In this document: piece by piece, positions 41,515-54,584 of the stretch
How positions within the stretch are numbered: position 1 is the first letter of the stretch
Layout: each line of letters opens with the position of its first letter
Assembly: GCA_951406725.2 (NCBI GenBank)
Contig: OX597822.1
Coordinates: 32,178,001 to 32,242,000, forward strand
DNA length: 64,000 bases
Source of the DNA: Octopus vulgaris
Taxonomy: Eukaryota
Direction: 5' to 3'
Position numbers and translations under genes: made by a program
Notes under the pieces: model-generated
Databases searched by the model: none
Seen by the model: the letters and a program-made list of their open reading frames with translations, nothing else
What the model was told of the DNA's origin: nothing

Positions 41515-42474
41515 TTCCATTTATATTGATATAACTATGCCGCACATGCGAGAATATGTAAAATGCAGAATTTACCAGTCTTTATTTTCTCGACATATGG
41601 TGTTTGATTCCATAAAGTGTAACAAGTTGTAGGCAAGGCGGGTGTCTCTGTAAGATAAAAGACATTGTTACTCGATGCTACATCGAGCTCCGGATAGGTA
41701 CTTACAGTTTCAAAACAAATATTGTAAAGGAGTATTGATGTGTCTTAGTATACAGTGTTTTACGCAATATCTCATTGTCATAATTGCAGTAGACCTCAGG
41801 CACCGAAAACAGAACGTAATATATGCTGCGCTGATTTTAAGCTGCTGGTTATCAAGACTAAATATCAAATAATTAACCACAATTATTACAGCACACAAAT
41901 TATTATACTTGGATGACTGCGTTATTGTCAAGTATTTCTAGGATGATATGCAAACATGAATAGACAGATGCGCAATTATTTATAGCTTTCCATATTCTAC
42001 AGAAACACAGAAAGTCATGTTGCAGAAATATCCGGGGCTACCTTCAATTTCACCAACGATCGTCATTTTGCAATCTCATAAATATTACAAATAGCGAAAG
42101 ATTCATGTCAAAGAGCGCCTAAAACAGAGATCAGACTCAACTTCTGCAACAGGAATTAGCCGTCAACATTACAGTGAGTATGTACGATGCATGCTCGAAT
42201 ATTCTCTCACTTGTGACAAAACCTCGATTTATATAAGGGGAATAGAATGTAAATAGAAGGTTTTCACCAACAAATACTACTGGATATATCGAGGAGCAAG
42301 TGGAAGGACAGACATCAAAAATGTTCCCACCTGTATGTTAAGTGATCTTCTGAACCATAAAGCTATGAAAGCAATCTCTAAATTTCTAGAAGTTAAATAA
42401 AGCAATACGTCCAGTAGAAGTAGTAGCAGATATAAACGTATAAATATGCAACGACAAATTGTTTTAATAGAAGC

Positions 42475-43085
42475 TCTGAGAACATAAAGGTTTGTATATG
42501 CTGCAATAATATAAACAAATTCAACGACGCTGATGTCTTGTAATATGCTTGATTGTGTAGTTCAAAAGCTCTCTTTATAACAAAGTATTTCTGGATGCAG
42601 TTGCATTGCTAGGCTCGGCAAGTAAACCTTGATGTTGTATTCGACCAAACTTTTGTTGTCGATCAAAGCCTTGCTGGTAAAATTTGTCAGAATTTGGCGT
42701 TAGGTGTGTGGACTATGCAAACTGACTCCCCTATTCTCGCAGGGTAGTTTTAATCCATTGATCACTTTAACACTGCCACCTATTCCTTGGATATTTCTGT
42801 AAACGGAGCTGAATCAGTTGCAAGCACTTAGAGCAGGTTGGTCTCTTCTACCCACCAGTATTCGTTGATACTAAATTTTATCACAGTGTTTCTATCCTAA
42901 TTAAGCTGTAATATGTAATGTTATATATATTCATATATATGAATCGACCGCCATTATTTATTCGACTCTGAATACTTTGTTGCAAAGAGAGCTTTTGAAC
43001 CACACAATCAAGCATATTACAAGACATCAGCGTCGTTGAAATTGTTTATATTACTGCAGCATATACGAACCTTTATGTTCTCAGA
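42475..43085. repeat. About 115-bp inverted repeat with ~380-bp spacer
   Basis: 42475-42589 vs 42971-43085, a few mismatches; no clear TSD. Confidence 0.88.
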
Positions 43086-44635
43086 CATAAGGACAATTCA
43101 AAAATAATAGCTACATGTTTAGAAATCAAAGAGTACAGCGATGGAGTTAAATGTCATAATTTAAGTGGGAGATAATTCTGTGTCTGAGACAGTCCTACTC
43201 TAATATTTATCCTGAAGTCAGCATAAAATAATCGAAAGAAATAACACAACGCGAATACAAAATGTAGAATGTAAACTCACACATACATTCACATCTAAAA
43301 TGCATCAGAATAAAACAGCAAAGAAATAAATAGTAGTAGATGATGGAACAGCATGGGTAGCGACAATTTGTTCAGCAATGCGAACTAAGAGTAAAGTAAT
43401 ATTAATAACAGCAACGATGATGATGATGATGATGTTGATGATGATGACGATGATGACGATGACGATGATAGTAATAACAATATTAATGACAACAACAACA
43501 ATACCATCAATAATAATGCTAATAATAACAATAAAGTTAATAAAAATTACATCAACACCAACAATAAAGACAATTGAAGATTAAAGTGAAGAAAATATTC
43601 AAATGAACCATCGAGAAATCTTTAGTGGGTTGCTTTGATGTGGGAATATGAAGAAAATGTGAAAAAATGTGTATCTTGATTACAAATAAAACCTAATTGA
43701 ACTACACTAGTAGCTAAAAAGTAAGCTATACTTCAAGCATACACCGCTAGAATTAACCACCATTTACCTTATATTTTTACAGCCTGCTGTTCTTGAACAC
43801 AATGAAGGACACATTCATAAAACTGGTCATAAATACACTGCACCGGAATAAGATAATATTGTCACAGCTGAAACACCGTTAGTTATGTACAGATTTCAGA
43901 AGAAACGATCTGCGTTAAAATAATATCGTCATTGTCTTACACAGCAATAAGGGCGATAACAGCAGCTACACACAATATATTAAATTGATATCAAATGCAA
44001 CAACGTTAGAAAGCAGGAGTTAAAGCTACAGTAATTTCTACCTTTTCTGATTTTTTCGCATTGCTGACCTCAAATAATTTTCTCCGGGAAAAGGGAATAC
44101 AATAAGAAAAATGCGGGCCTCAGTAAAGGCAAATGATGGTTGTACGGACGTCAGCTGTAGCAAGAATTGAAACAAATCCAATAACATACCTGTAATTTCT
44201 TCTTTACATTGTCTACACACAATTCTTCAAACGACCAGATGTTAACCAGTTTTATTGTCACGTAGATAAGCACGTTTGCTTAATATCTTAATATCAAAGG
44301 ATAGTATTTGTTTTATTATCATCGACACATTGCGCAATGTAACAGTAGCTATGAAAAACATGATAGATCACGATTCATCTTTGACCATAAGTCTGCATGG
44401 TTGGAGCTAGCGTTGGGTTAAATCTCAACAGCGAGGAAAGCGGTAATGAGTTGAGTTAGTGGTGGCTATCTCATGAAACGCAAGTCATCTTTGTGTGAGA
44501 TGAAGTGAGATTTTTAGTGACATGGACTTGAAAAGAACTTCTGTCATGAACTTCAAAATTTATGCGAATAATATAATGTTAAAAAAAAAAGGAACTTTTC
44601 TCTAACCATACCAAAACCAAATTCTGTCTATATAT

Positions 44636-44810
44636 AATCTTTTCTACTCTAAGCACAAGGACCAAAATTTGGTGGGGGGGGGGGGGGCTAGTCGATTATA
44701 TCGTCCCAAGTACGCAACTGGCACTTAATTTATCGATGCCGAAAGGATGAAAGGAAAAGTCGACCTCCGCGGAATTTGAAGACGGACGAAATGCCTCTAA
44801 GCATTTTATC
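44636..44810 (-). mobile_element. Family C SINE, partial, third tail type
   Basis: ccgaaaggatgaaaggaaaagtcgacctcc central domain. Confidence 0.75.
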
Positions 44811-44851
44811 GTTATCAATGAACAAGGGAACATTAGGATATTTCCTCTCTT

Positions 44852-44883
<32 letters not shown>

Positions 44884-44884
44884 G

Positions 44885-45280
44885 GTGGTTGTCTACTCCT
44901 TATGCAGAATCTGACCACCTCCTGTACCAACACATTAGATCCCTCATGGTGTCTGATGTGGCGTTTTAAAACCAGAAAATGTTTTGAAAAGATAACCACG
45001 TGGATTGCATATCCGATTTGGATCACCAAGAACTACTGTTAAGTCCTGACCTTTGTGGATCTCAAAATGCCTTTTGAGGCCTCCGTTAGATTTGCAGATC
45101 TTAGGGCATGCACGGCATTGAAATTATATATTCATTAACTTTGGCGGAAATTGATGGGTAAGGGGATAGCCCAATAGGATGCGCAAGGAGCCATGTAATA
45201 CTCCAATGATTCGAACTTAGATTCCGATGTCCTTACGAGGGACCAGTTCCGAGAAGTAAAGAAAGTTTATGAGAGAGATC
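44885..45280 (+). pseudogene. Possible RLE-type (NeSL/R2-group) LINE 3' fragment
   Basis: PDL...LTFVDLKMPFE..RFADLRA..ALK resembles a PD-(D/E)xK RLE; heavily decayed. Confidence 0.4.
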
Positions 45281-45576
45281 AAATTCAGCGGATATAGAGA
45301 CATTTATGTGGTTAAACAAATTATGTATATTGCAACTTGGGTCTGATAAACGGAATATGCATATACGCGAGAGAAAGCAAACACTGAACACAGTTGGACG
45401 ATAAATATTTAAGTATAAATGGATATTTCTATTTCTGTGCAAGTTTGATCTATTGAAATATTCATAGACGAAAAGTCTTCAGTTTTTACTTTCTCCGTTT
45501 TGTATGAAGACATATATTTATTTTGTATATCAAACACAAACTATTATATTTAACTTGTTTATCTGCATAATTTCCT

Positions 45577-45634
<58 letters not shown>

Positions 45635-46007
45635 CTGTAGAATAATAATAACATTATATAAATTCTGTCATTTGAAGCGGCAATTGTTTTATACAAACAA
45701 ATGAGCGAAAAATGATGAGCTAACCTTAGCCAGGATCGAACCCACAAATCAACGCTTACAACGACTCCTTGCATATCCGATTAGGTCAAATGATCACCCA
45801 CCAATTTCAGCTAAATTTAATTAATATATACTTCAACTGTCTAATATTACATATAATATTTGTAAACAAACCAGAATATAAATTATTATGATATATTATT
45901 ATATAGTTATTATTATACTATAAGTTTTCCATACTATCTTTCATTCTTTACCACACAAAGCCTTTCTGGCACGTTTACAAATATTATATATTCACTAAAT
46001 TTGGCTG

Positions 46008-46117
<110 letters not shown>

Positions 46118-46365
46118 TTCTTTACTAAACGTTTCAACTACATGTACTTATGACGCCAATCGTATTATACTCCCAAAACTTTAGTTCAAATAGAGGAATG
46201 GTTTAAAACCAGCACAAAGATAATGCATGTCTAATGGAAGATATCACATTAATGGGTAAAATGAAATAAAAAGAAATAAATATTAGTCAACAGTACAATG
46301 TACAAATTACGAGAGTTAATTATAAATATATATATATGAAGGAAAATAGTAGAAAATAAGCCCTG

Positions 46366-46407
<42 letters not shown>

Positions 46408-46409
<2 letters not shown>

Positions 46410-46755
46410 CGGGCTTATTTTACTTTCCGTCTACCAAATCCACTCACACGGCTTTGGTTGGCCCGAGGCTATAGTAGAAGACACTTGACCAAGGTTCCAC
46501 GTAGTGGGACTGAAACCGAAACCATGTGGTTAGTAAGCAAGCTACTTACCACACAGCCTCTCCTACGCCTACAGCCACTCCTACTTACATATATTCATAC
46601 ACATACATACAATTGATTTCTTTCAGTTTCTGTCTACAAAGTCCATTGACCAGGCTTTGGTTGGTCTCAGGCTAGAGCAGAAGACACATGCCAAGTTACC
46701 ACACAGTGGGACTGAACTGAGGACCATGTGTTTTGGAACCAAGTTTGTTACCACA
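46408..46755 (-). mobile_element. Two 5'-half copies of family A SINE
   Basis: 46408-46572 and about 46620-46755 match the head/CORE of 63165-63561. Confidence 0.85.
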
Positions 46756-46963
46756 CAGCCACACCAGCACCTACGTATATATGTGTGTGTGTGTGGGGGA
46801 TCGGTGTGTGTTTGTATGTATGGGTGTATATATGTATGCATGTATATATATGTATCTATATGTGTACATATTACATGTACATCTATATATACATCTAGAC
46901 ATACATGTTTACATATACAGCTATACATACACATGTATACATATACATTTATATATATACATG

Positions 46964-47001
<38 letters not shown>

Positions 47002-47227
47002 CACATTGGTTGTGTGATTTTGTAAGTGCATCATATTCTTAAATAAATTTCTAGTAGCTAGAATTTTTGAGATCGTACAAAAATGATTCCTGCAGGGTTC
47101 TGTATTCGTTAATAATTTTCATTGTTTGGCAAACATGCGATCGGTTCAGATGATAGTGACCTGTAATGCCCCAACTGTGCCCCAGACATCCCGTATATAT
47201 ATATATATATATATATATAGGATAGAT

Positions 47228-47611
47228 GGAAGCACTCCGTCGGTTACGATGATGAGGGTTCCGGTTGATCCGAATCAACGGAACAGCCTGCTCGTGAAAT
47301 TAACGTGTAAGTGGCTGAGCACTCCACAGACACGTGCACCCTTAACGTAGTTCTCGGGGATATTCAGCGTGACACAGAGAGTGACAAGGCCGGCCCCTTG
47401 AAATACAGGTACAACAGAAACAGGAAGTAAGAGTGAGAGAAAGTTGTGGTGAAAGAGTACAGCAGGGATCACCACCATCCCCTGCCGTAGCCTCGTGGAG
47501 CTTTTAGGTGTTTTCGCTCAATAAACACTCACAACGCCCGGTCTGGGAATCGAAACTGTGATCCTATGACCGCGAGTCCGCTGCCCTAACCACTGGGCCA
47601 TTGCTCCTCCA
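47228..47611 (-). mobile_element. Full-length family B tRNA-derived SINE
   Basis: A-box tggcccagtgg, B-box gtttcgattccc; near-identical to 63748-64000. Confidence 0.93.
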
Positions 47612-47699
47612 TATATATATATATATAGATATATATATATATACATCCATATACATACAATAGAGAGATGCTTTTGTTTCACTTTTAAAACGTAATACT

Positions 47700-48035
47700 G
47701 AAATAGTGGAGAAGATTTAATATTGCTGTGGGCTCGCCTGAGACAAGAAAAACATTTTGCTTGCCCATGACACTACATGGACCCTAAGTAAGGTATGTGC
47801 AAAATCTGAATGAAATTGGTTGTGTAGTTCTCAAGCTTTAGGGATACATAGTGAAGAAGATATGATATTGCTATGGGCTCGCCCTAGGCAAGAAATTATA
47901 AAAATGTTTTGGCCCATGACACTCCTTGGACCCTAAGTAAGGTATGTGTAAAATGTGAATGAAATTGGTAGTGTAGTTCTAAAGTTTTAGGGATTCACAC
48001 AGACAGACAGACAGACAGATAGACACACATTCTCA

Positions 48036-48075
<40 letters not shown>
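47700..48075 (-). mobile_element. Helitron-type 5' end with two ~145-bp subrepeats
   Basis: aaaatgtgaatgaaattggt...cacacagacagac...ttttatata motif as in 3327-4081 and at the 32786 end. Confidence 0.55.
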
Positions 48076-49964
48076 TAGATATGTGTGTGTGTGTGTGTGT
48101 GTGTGTGTATAAAGATAGGTAGATAGATACATATATACAGAAAGGGAGAGAGACAGAGAGACAGAATAGAATGATAGATAGGCAATGATTGAATTTAAAA
48201 GAAAAAATAGGGTGGGAGACATAGTTCCATAGAGAGTGTGAGTTGTTTAGACATTTTCTTTGATATCACATTAACAACAAGATTTAGTGTCTGCGACTGA
48301 AAGTGTTGTTGTTTATGTGTGTAATAAAATGTATGCTCCAAGCAAAGCTTTTAAATTCAACTTATTCATAAAAATTTTTCTTAGCGGTGGTTACACCCAT
48401 TCCTGAATTCTTTGTCTCATTAACCGATATTTTCCGGACGAGCGATCTGATAAATCTAAGAGACGATTCTGTTTGAATAGCATAATGAGTTAAAGAACAA
48501 ATAGTGTTTGATATAGGAATTATATACAGAGGCATATAGAGACATGTTTGTGTGTATTAAAATGTGTTTGTATTGCTCTGTGTGTGTATGTGTGTGCGTG
48601 TGATGTATGTATGCGTATATTGTTTGTGTGTGTGAGAGTCGTGGTGTGTGTGTGTGATTTTGTAAGTGCATCATATTCTTAAATAAATTTCTAGTAGCTA
48701 GAAATTTTGAGATCGTACAAAAATGATTCCTGCAGGGTTCTGTATTCGTTAATATGTTTCCTTGTTTGGTAAACATGCGATCGGTTCAGATGAAAGTGAC
48801 CTGTAATGGAAGATGCCCCAACTGTGCCCCAGCCATCCCGTATATTTTTGCAATAATTCAAATACGCACTATTTTGAAGATTATTAACTAAATATTAACT
48901 AGATTTATATTAGCTAGATAATCATTTAGGGTTATGACCATGGATGCTTATTCCTTGGTTGCTCGGTCCTTCGCATTGTTTTTTGATTGCTTCATAATCC
49001 CACTCATCGTTTTAGAATAAACACAAAACCTCAAAAATCTCTGAACGAAATGTCTCTTAAGTGGTTCCATAGTTTTGTGGCAGCATCATAATTCTAACTT
49101 TCATGATCTTCATGAAGTTTCATCGATTTTTCGTTTTCGTTACCTTTACCTTGCAGGCCATGTCATAGCACATCGTTTTTAGATTTGCTGAGTACTGATT
49201 TCTATAATAGCTTATAATTAGCTGTTCTGCTATGAAGCTACGCATACGTGCTGATATAATGATTATCAAAGAGGCTGCCGAGAAAGCTCTGTCGATGTCT
49301 ATTAAATTTGTAAAATATTTCCGGACATAGCATCGAAGAAACTTTGTTATGTGAAATGATGCAAAGCTATTCAAGCATTACGTAAATAAAGTTGAACAGA
49401 TGAGAGAAACAGACTATAATGAAAGTGAACGCGGAAATGAAGTAGACAGAATCATTAAGAGTGACAAGAACACAGAGAGAAAGGTATGGCAATTCACTTT
49501 CATTATTGAGATTTTATGGTAGACTGCATATCGCGTAAAGAATTAATCTATGTTATAAATTAGTATGTTAGCGAATAATGCTGCATTTCTGAGCTTTCTC
49601 ATTGTCCTCTATGAAGCATTTCAAATTTGAAACACTTGAACTCTATCCATGTGATGTGTTATTTTTTCTATGCTATTATCCTATTCCACAGGGTAAGATT
49701 TAAAATGTAAGGCTTCTAATACTGTGATGTCCTCTGAATTCCTACTTCTAGCTATTTAACTTTAACTTCAGCGTTAGCAGTATACAGGAAAAGGAGGAAA
49801 AAATCCGACGACGTTGCAAACATCGGTGAAACTATCAGAGTTGTTGTTTAGCTTCTATTAAAATAGCTATCTCTCTATCTCTCTCTTTAGCTCTCTCTTA
49901 ATATATATATATATATATATATATAATCAAAATAAACAACACAGATATCCAGATGTAATGCAGT

Positions 49965-50634
49965 ACGATCGTTTTATTATTCAGAATCCAATTTTCATCG
50001 CAAGTTACAATATGATCGAGAAATTGATCGTTCTGGTTACAGAGAAGTGGCGACGAGCAAATTATATATCTGTGCATTTTCTGATATTTATTCAAATTGT
50101 GTGGTACCCATTTGTCGAGCACTTTTGATTTTCCGTTTGCATGCAGTTTTCTGACTAATTTGACGTTCTTTTACCAGTTCTCGTGTGACTTTACGGGGAT
50201 ATATTTCAATGACGGCCTTTAATTAACTGCTATCGATGACAGATGGCCGTCCACTATGCCTACTAGCTTCAAGGCTCAGGTCCTAGATGCGAAATGGTTT
50301 AAACCATTTTCGAGGTGACCACCCACTGATCATTTCCTCATCAAGCCTATCATTGATATTGCGTGCAGTTTCAGTTGCTTTTCGTCCTTTTCTGAAGTTG
50401 AATTGCAAAATTGCACGCATATCGCTCTTTGACAGTTCCATTTCTGATAACTATAAAAATATTGAAAAAAAAAATATCAACGTTAATTTATTGATGCAGT
50501 TGAATAGGGCTATGTCTGTGTTATCCGAAAATAGTAAAAGAAAATTTTCAAAAATTTCAAAACTGCAAAAATCCGGTACAAATTCCAAATTCTTCATGGT
50601 TCAAAACGTTTGTCACTTTTTACTCAACGTGATA
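49965..50634 (-). pseudogene. Mariner transposon remnant (5' TIR plus transposase N-terminus)
   Basis: TIR-like tatcacgttgagtaaaaagt; ATG at 50441, MELSKSDMRAILQFNFRKGRKATETARNIN...HSGRPS; KWVPHNL...FLDHIVTCDENWI. Confidence 0.92.
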
Positions 50635-50677
50635 CATATATATATATATATATCTATCTATATATATATATATATAT

Positions 50678-50752
<75 letters not shown>

Positions 50753-50914
50753 TAGATATAAATACATATCTGTAGTTTCTAACTTTTCTATATTACATAT
50801 ATTACTATATGAATATCATATAAATATAATCCAGCCGCAACTGTGTACTGAGGCTCAAAACCACTCACCTGATGATGTGTGAGTACAACTACCGCCGGAT
50901 CACATTTGTATAAC

Positions 50915-51370
50915 ATGTCGTCAGCGACGCTTCATTGTATGTCCGATAATATATTTGACCTCTTGACCTCTGTCCGTGTTTATGCCTTTGATGACTAAAC
51001 AGGTCGATTCTTGGATGGAAGTGTCTATTGCCAAGTTTACAAAGGATCCGTAATGGAGGCTTTGGTTGTTGCAGTCACCATTTGCTTTCTTGTCGTTTCA
51101 CTTCTTTCCTCTCTCGTTCAGCTTCAAAATGATCTGTCACAGTGGAGATGGAATGATGCCAGCGGGTCTACAGCTTCAATATCCCAGAGTTTTGGACCGA
51201 TTCCAGTCAGTTTTAGGTGGTACTTTTATCGACGGAGGTGACAGCTACAGAGTCTTCTTCTGGTTTGAAGTTCACCATATAAAATTTTACGAGGCAGACT
51301 GGTCTCGTACATTCTTGCTACGTTGCCCGCCCCTCTCAGACAATGTTTCAGGATGCTGGCCTCAATGCTA
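50915..51370 (-). pseudogene. RTE/BovB-like LINE 3' remnant
   Basis: SIEASILKHCLRGAGNVARM...LPRKILYGELQT...RIDLFSHQR. Confidence 0.85.
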
Positions 51371-51797
51371 CTTTTCCTTCGCTCCAGGTATAATATGGAA
51401 ATCTCAGAAACTAATTTTATATGGAAAACTTATATGCATAATATGAAAAATTCAGTAAGTAAAAGTTGCTGGTAATGGAGAGAAAATATTGGCGTTTCAT
51501 GTTTTTTACTAAACTTTTCTATGAATTCTGTATACACTAACAAATTTCCACATGTATATCCTGCAAAAGGAGAATTCCTAATCTCTGAGAGCATATGTAG
51601 CCGATAACCGTAGCGGAGCTTTGAAGTCCCTAATATACATATATATAAAACACATCACATGGATAGAGTTCAAGTGTTTCAAATTTGAAATGCTTCATAG
51701 AGGACAATGAGAAAGCTCAGAAATGCAGCATTATTCGCTAACATACTAAATTATAACATACTAATTTATAACATATATATAAAATATATATGTATAT

Positions 51798-52457
51798 TAG
51801 GGTGGAGTGAAAATGAAAAATTGTAAAAATTGAAAATGCTTGAGGGCTAAAATGTTAATATATTTGATTTCTAGAAAACTGCTAAATTTTCGCTGAGTTC
51901 AATCAAGGGCATTTACTCTCCAAAGTCCCCGAAACTGCAAAAATGGAGTGTTTTTGTAAATTTTTTACAAAAGCAGAGTTTATGGGAGGTTGAGGGAGTA
52001 AATGCCCTTCACTGATCTAAGCAAAAATTTAGCATTTTTCTAGTAATATGTAGCAAAACGTTGGGTCTCAGGCATTTTCAATTTCTACAGTTTTCTTATT
52101 CCGCCCACTCTAGATTACACAATCCAAATATCCGCGCGCATATGCATGTATGGTAGGGTTGAGTGAAGATAAAAAAACTGAAAAAAATGAAAATGTCTGA
52201 GGCCTAAAATCTTGTTAATATTATTACTAGACAAATGCTAAATTTTCGCTTTTACTCCATCAAACACCAAAACTCTGCTGTATTAAAAAATAAATAAAAA
52301 ACTATCCCTCATTTTCTGAGTTTAGAGGGCTTGAAGGAGTAAATGCCCTTAATTGAGTTCAGTGTAAGTTTGGCACGTTTCTAGTAATTAAAGATTGCAA
52401 CGTTTTGGCTCTCAGGCATTTTCAGTTTCTACAGATTTTTATTTTCACTCCACCCTA
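51798..52457. mobile_element. Two adjacent fold-back MITE copies (51798-52112 and 52154-52457)
   Basis: Each unit is quasi-palindromic with tagggt(g/t)gagtgaa termini; the outer ends form a perfect 20-bp IR. Confidence 0.8.
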
Positions 52458-52497
52458 ATACTTATGTGTATGAATAGATAGATAGATAGATAAATAG

Positions 52498-52861
52498 ATT
52501 TCTTTATTGGCCACGTAGGGCTGAACACAGAAGGGACAAAATACAAAGTAGAGCTTTTGTTTTGGAGAAGAAGAAAAGGAAAAAAGGGTCGAATTCCGAT
52601 CAAAAGGTATCGTGAAAAAAAAAGTGGGGACGCTCAATAAGGATCATGTATCACAGAAATGTCAATATAGAAAGGGAATACAAATTAGGTTTGCCTTTGG
52701 ATATGAAAGCCTACGGAAAAGACTACGGGAATCTTGAGCAAAAGTGTCATGCAAAAATAAAACACATTACCGTAAGTGGCTCTTTTTCCCTTTCGTTTTT
52801 TCCTCTTTCTTTTTTGTTCATAGGACTACACTCAAGCTGGGTCCGTCATTCAAACGTGCCA
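52498..52861 (-). mobile_element. LINE-like 3' end (ORF end plus 3' UTR) inside (GATA)n
   Basis: ...[13 protein letters not shown] then a UTR ending gtggccaataaagaaat; (TAGA)n on both sides; clade not determinable. Confidence 0.6.
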
Positions 52862-52912
52862 TGAATAGATAGATTGATAGACAGATTGATAGATAGATAG
52901 ATTGATAGATAA

Positions 52913-52965
<53 letters not shown>

Positions 52966-53008
52966 GATAGATAGAGAGAGAGATAGGTAGAGAGATAGAT
53001 AGGTAGAG

Positions 53009-53084
<76 letters not shown>

Positions 53085-53085
53085 T

Positions 53086-53125
<40 letters not shown>

Positions 53126-53566
53126 TTTCAATTTTTATCACTTTTCACAGACTGGTTCAGCAGAGGAAATATCTGTATAAAATATGTCAACATGTCATAG
53201 TTTGCTAAACTTGTTTATATAGTAATTACATCTTGTTGCCTTATTTATTATTTGTATTTACCTGTCAGTTTCATATCTATTTTTTATTTCGCTGCAACTG
53301 TCATGTTTTCTATACCATAAATCTAAATGTTGCATAATATTGTCTTATACGAATTTATAGAAATAATGATATGATCTTTTATATATATTCTATCATAGCT
53401 TTGTTGCAGTAATTAAACTCTATTTCTCTCCCTCCCTCTACCACTCTCTATCTCCCTCTTACTCTCTTCATATAGTGTGTGTGTTGATGCGCGCGCGTTT
53501 GTATGTATCTGCGTGCATGTGTGTGAGCATGTGTGTGCATATATATATAAATATATATATATCAAT

Positions 53567-53852
53567 GTTATCACCGTGACCGACCAGGCTATCTGATGTT
53601 GCTACACATCGCTGGTCACAATGCACTTTGCATTGATTTAGCCTTCAAATGACGCCACCCCGCTGGCTAAGTAAGCAAATCAACAGAAGAAACAGAGAGA
53701 GAAAGTTGTGGCTAAAGAGTACAGCAGGGAGCCTCGTGGAGCTTTTAGGTGTTTTCGCTCAATAAACACTCACAACACCCGGTCTGGGAATCGAACCCGC
53801 GATACTACAACCGCGAGTCCGCTGCCCTAACCACCGGGTCATTGCGCCTCCA
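53567..53852 (-). mobile_element. Family B SINE head with gcattgtgaccagcg tail
   Basis: Same head as 47611; different 3' module. Confidence 0.85.
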
Positions 53853-53889
53853 CACACACACACACACACACACACATTTATATATATAT

Positions 53890-53944
<55 letters not shown>

Positions 53945-54180
53945 CACATATATACACACATACATACACACACATACATACATACATACATACATACATA
54001 CATACATACATACATACATACATACATACATACATACATAGATTTCGATTTGTTATCACTATTTAGAGACTGGTTAAGCGGTTAACCTATCTGTATAGAA
54101 TATGAAAACAAATCACAGTTTGCTAGTTATTACATCACATTATTGGTTGTATTTATTTATCAGTAACATATCTATATTTT

Positions 54181-54387
54181 TTACGGAGATGTACTTTCAT
54201 AGTAAGTGATCTAATCTGAGATTGTGTGCTAGAATGAAAACAATTGCAGCGTGGAAGGTGTTTATAAGTCATTTCAGAAACACACACGAAAACCGTTAGA
54301 TTTGCTTCAACATTTAAATTTAATTTGCCAAAATGTTTTCGATGCTTTCAGACCACGACCTGTTCACTGACAAAAATTCCGTGCGGC
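54181..54387 (-). mobile_element. PLE-type terminal fragment with hammerhead-like motif and 11-bp TSD
   Basis: TSD atctatatttt at 54170-54180 and 54388-54398; motif 54324-54374 reads tttgtca-GTGAACA-ggtcg..gcatc-GAAA-acat-tt-tggcaaa. Confidence 0.65.
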
Positions 54388-54584
54388 ATCTATATTTTGT
54401 TTTGCTCTAACTGCCATGTTTCATGTTTAATAAAACTAAATTTTGCACACTATTGTCTAATATCCGATTATGGAAAGAGTTGTATAACGCTTGATATAGG
54501 TTTTCTCATATTTTTGTGGTAGTAATTAAACTCTATTTCTCTCTCTTTCTCTCCATCTGTTTCTATTCTCATCATATTTTCTTT

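Noticed and set aside
41000-42400. Very old LINE RT remnant (FDSI, MLEYS-like words)
   Set aside because: Too decayed to delimit or classify by eye.
44185-44280. Minus-strand exon ending CAG|GTATGT
   Set aside because: No convincing acceptor, an in-frame stop just upstream, and no recognisable peptide.
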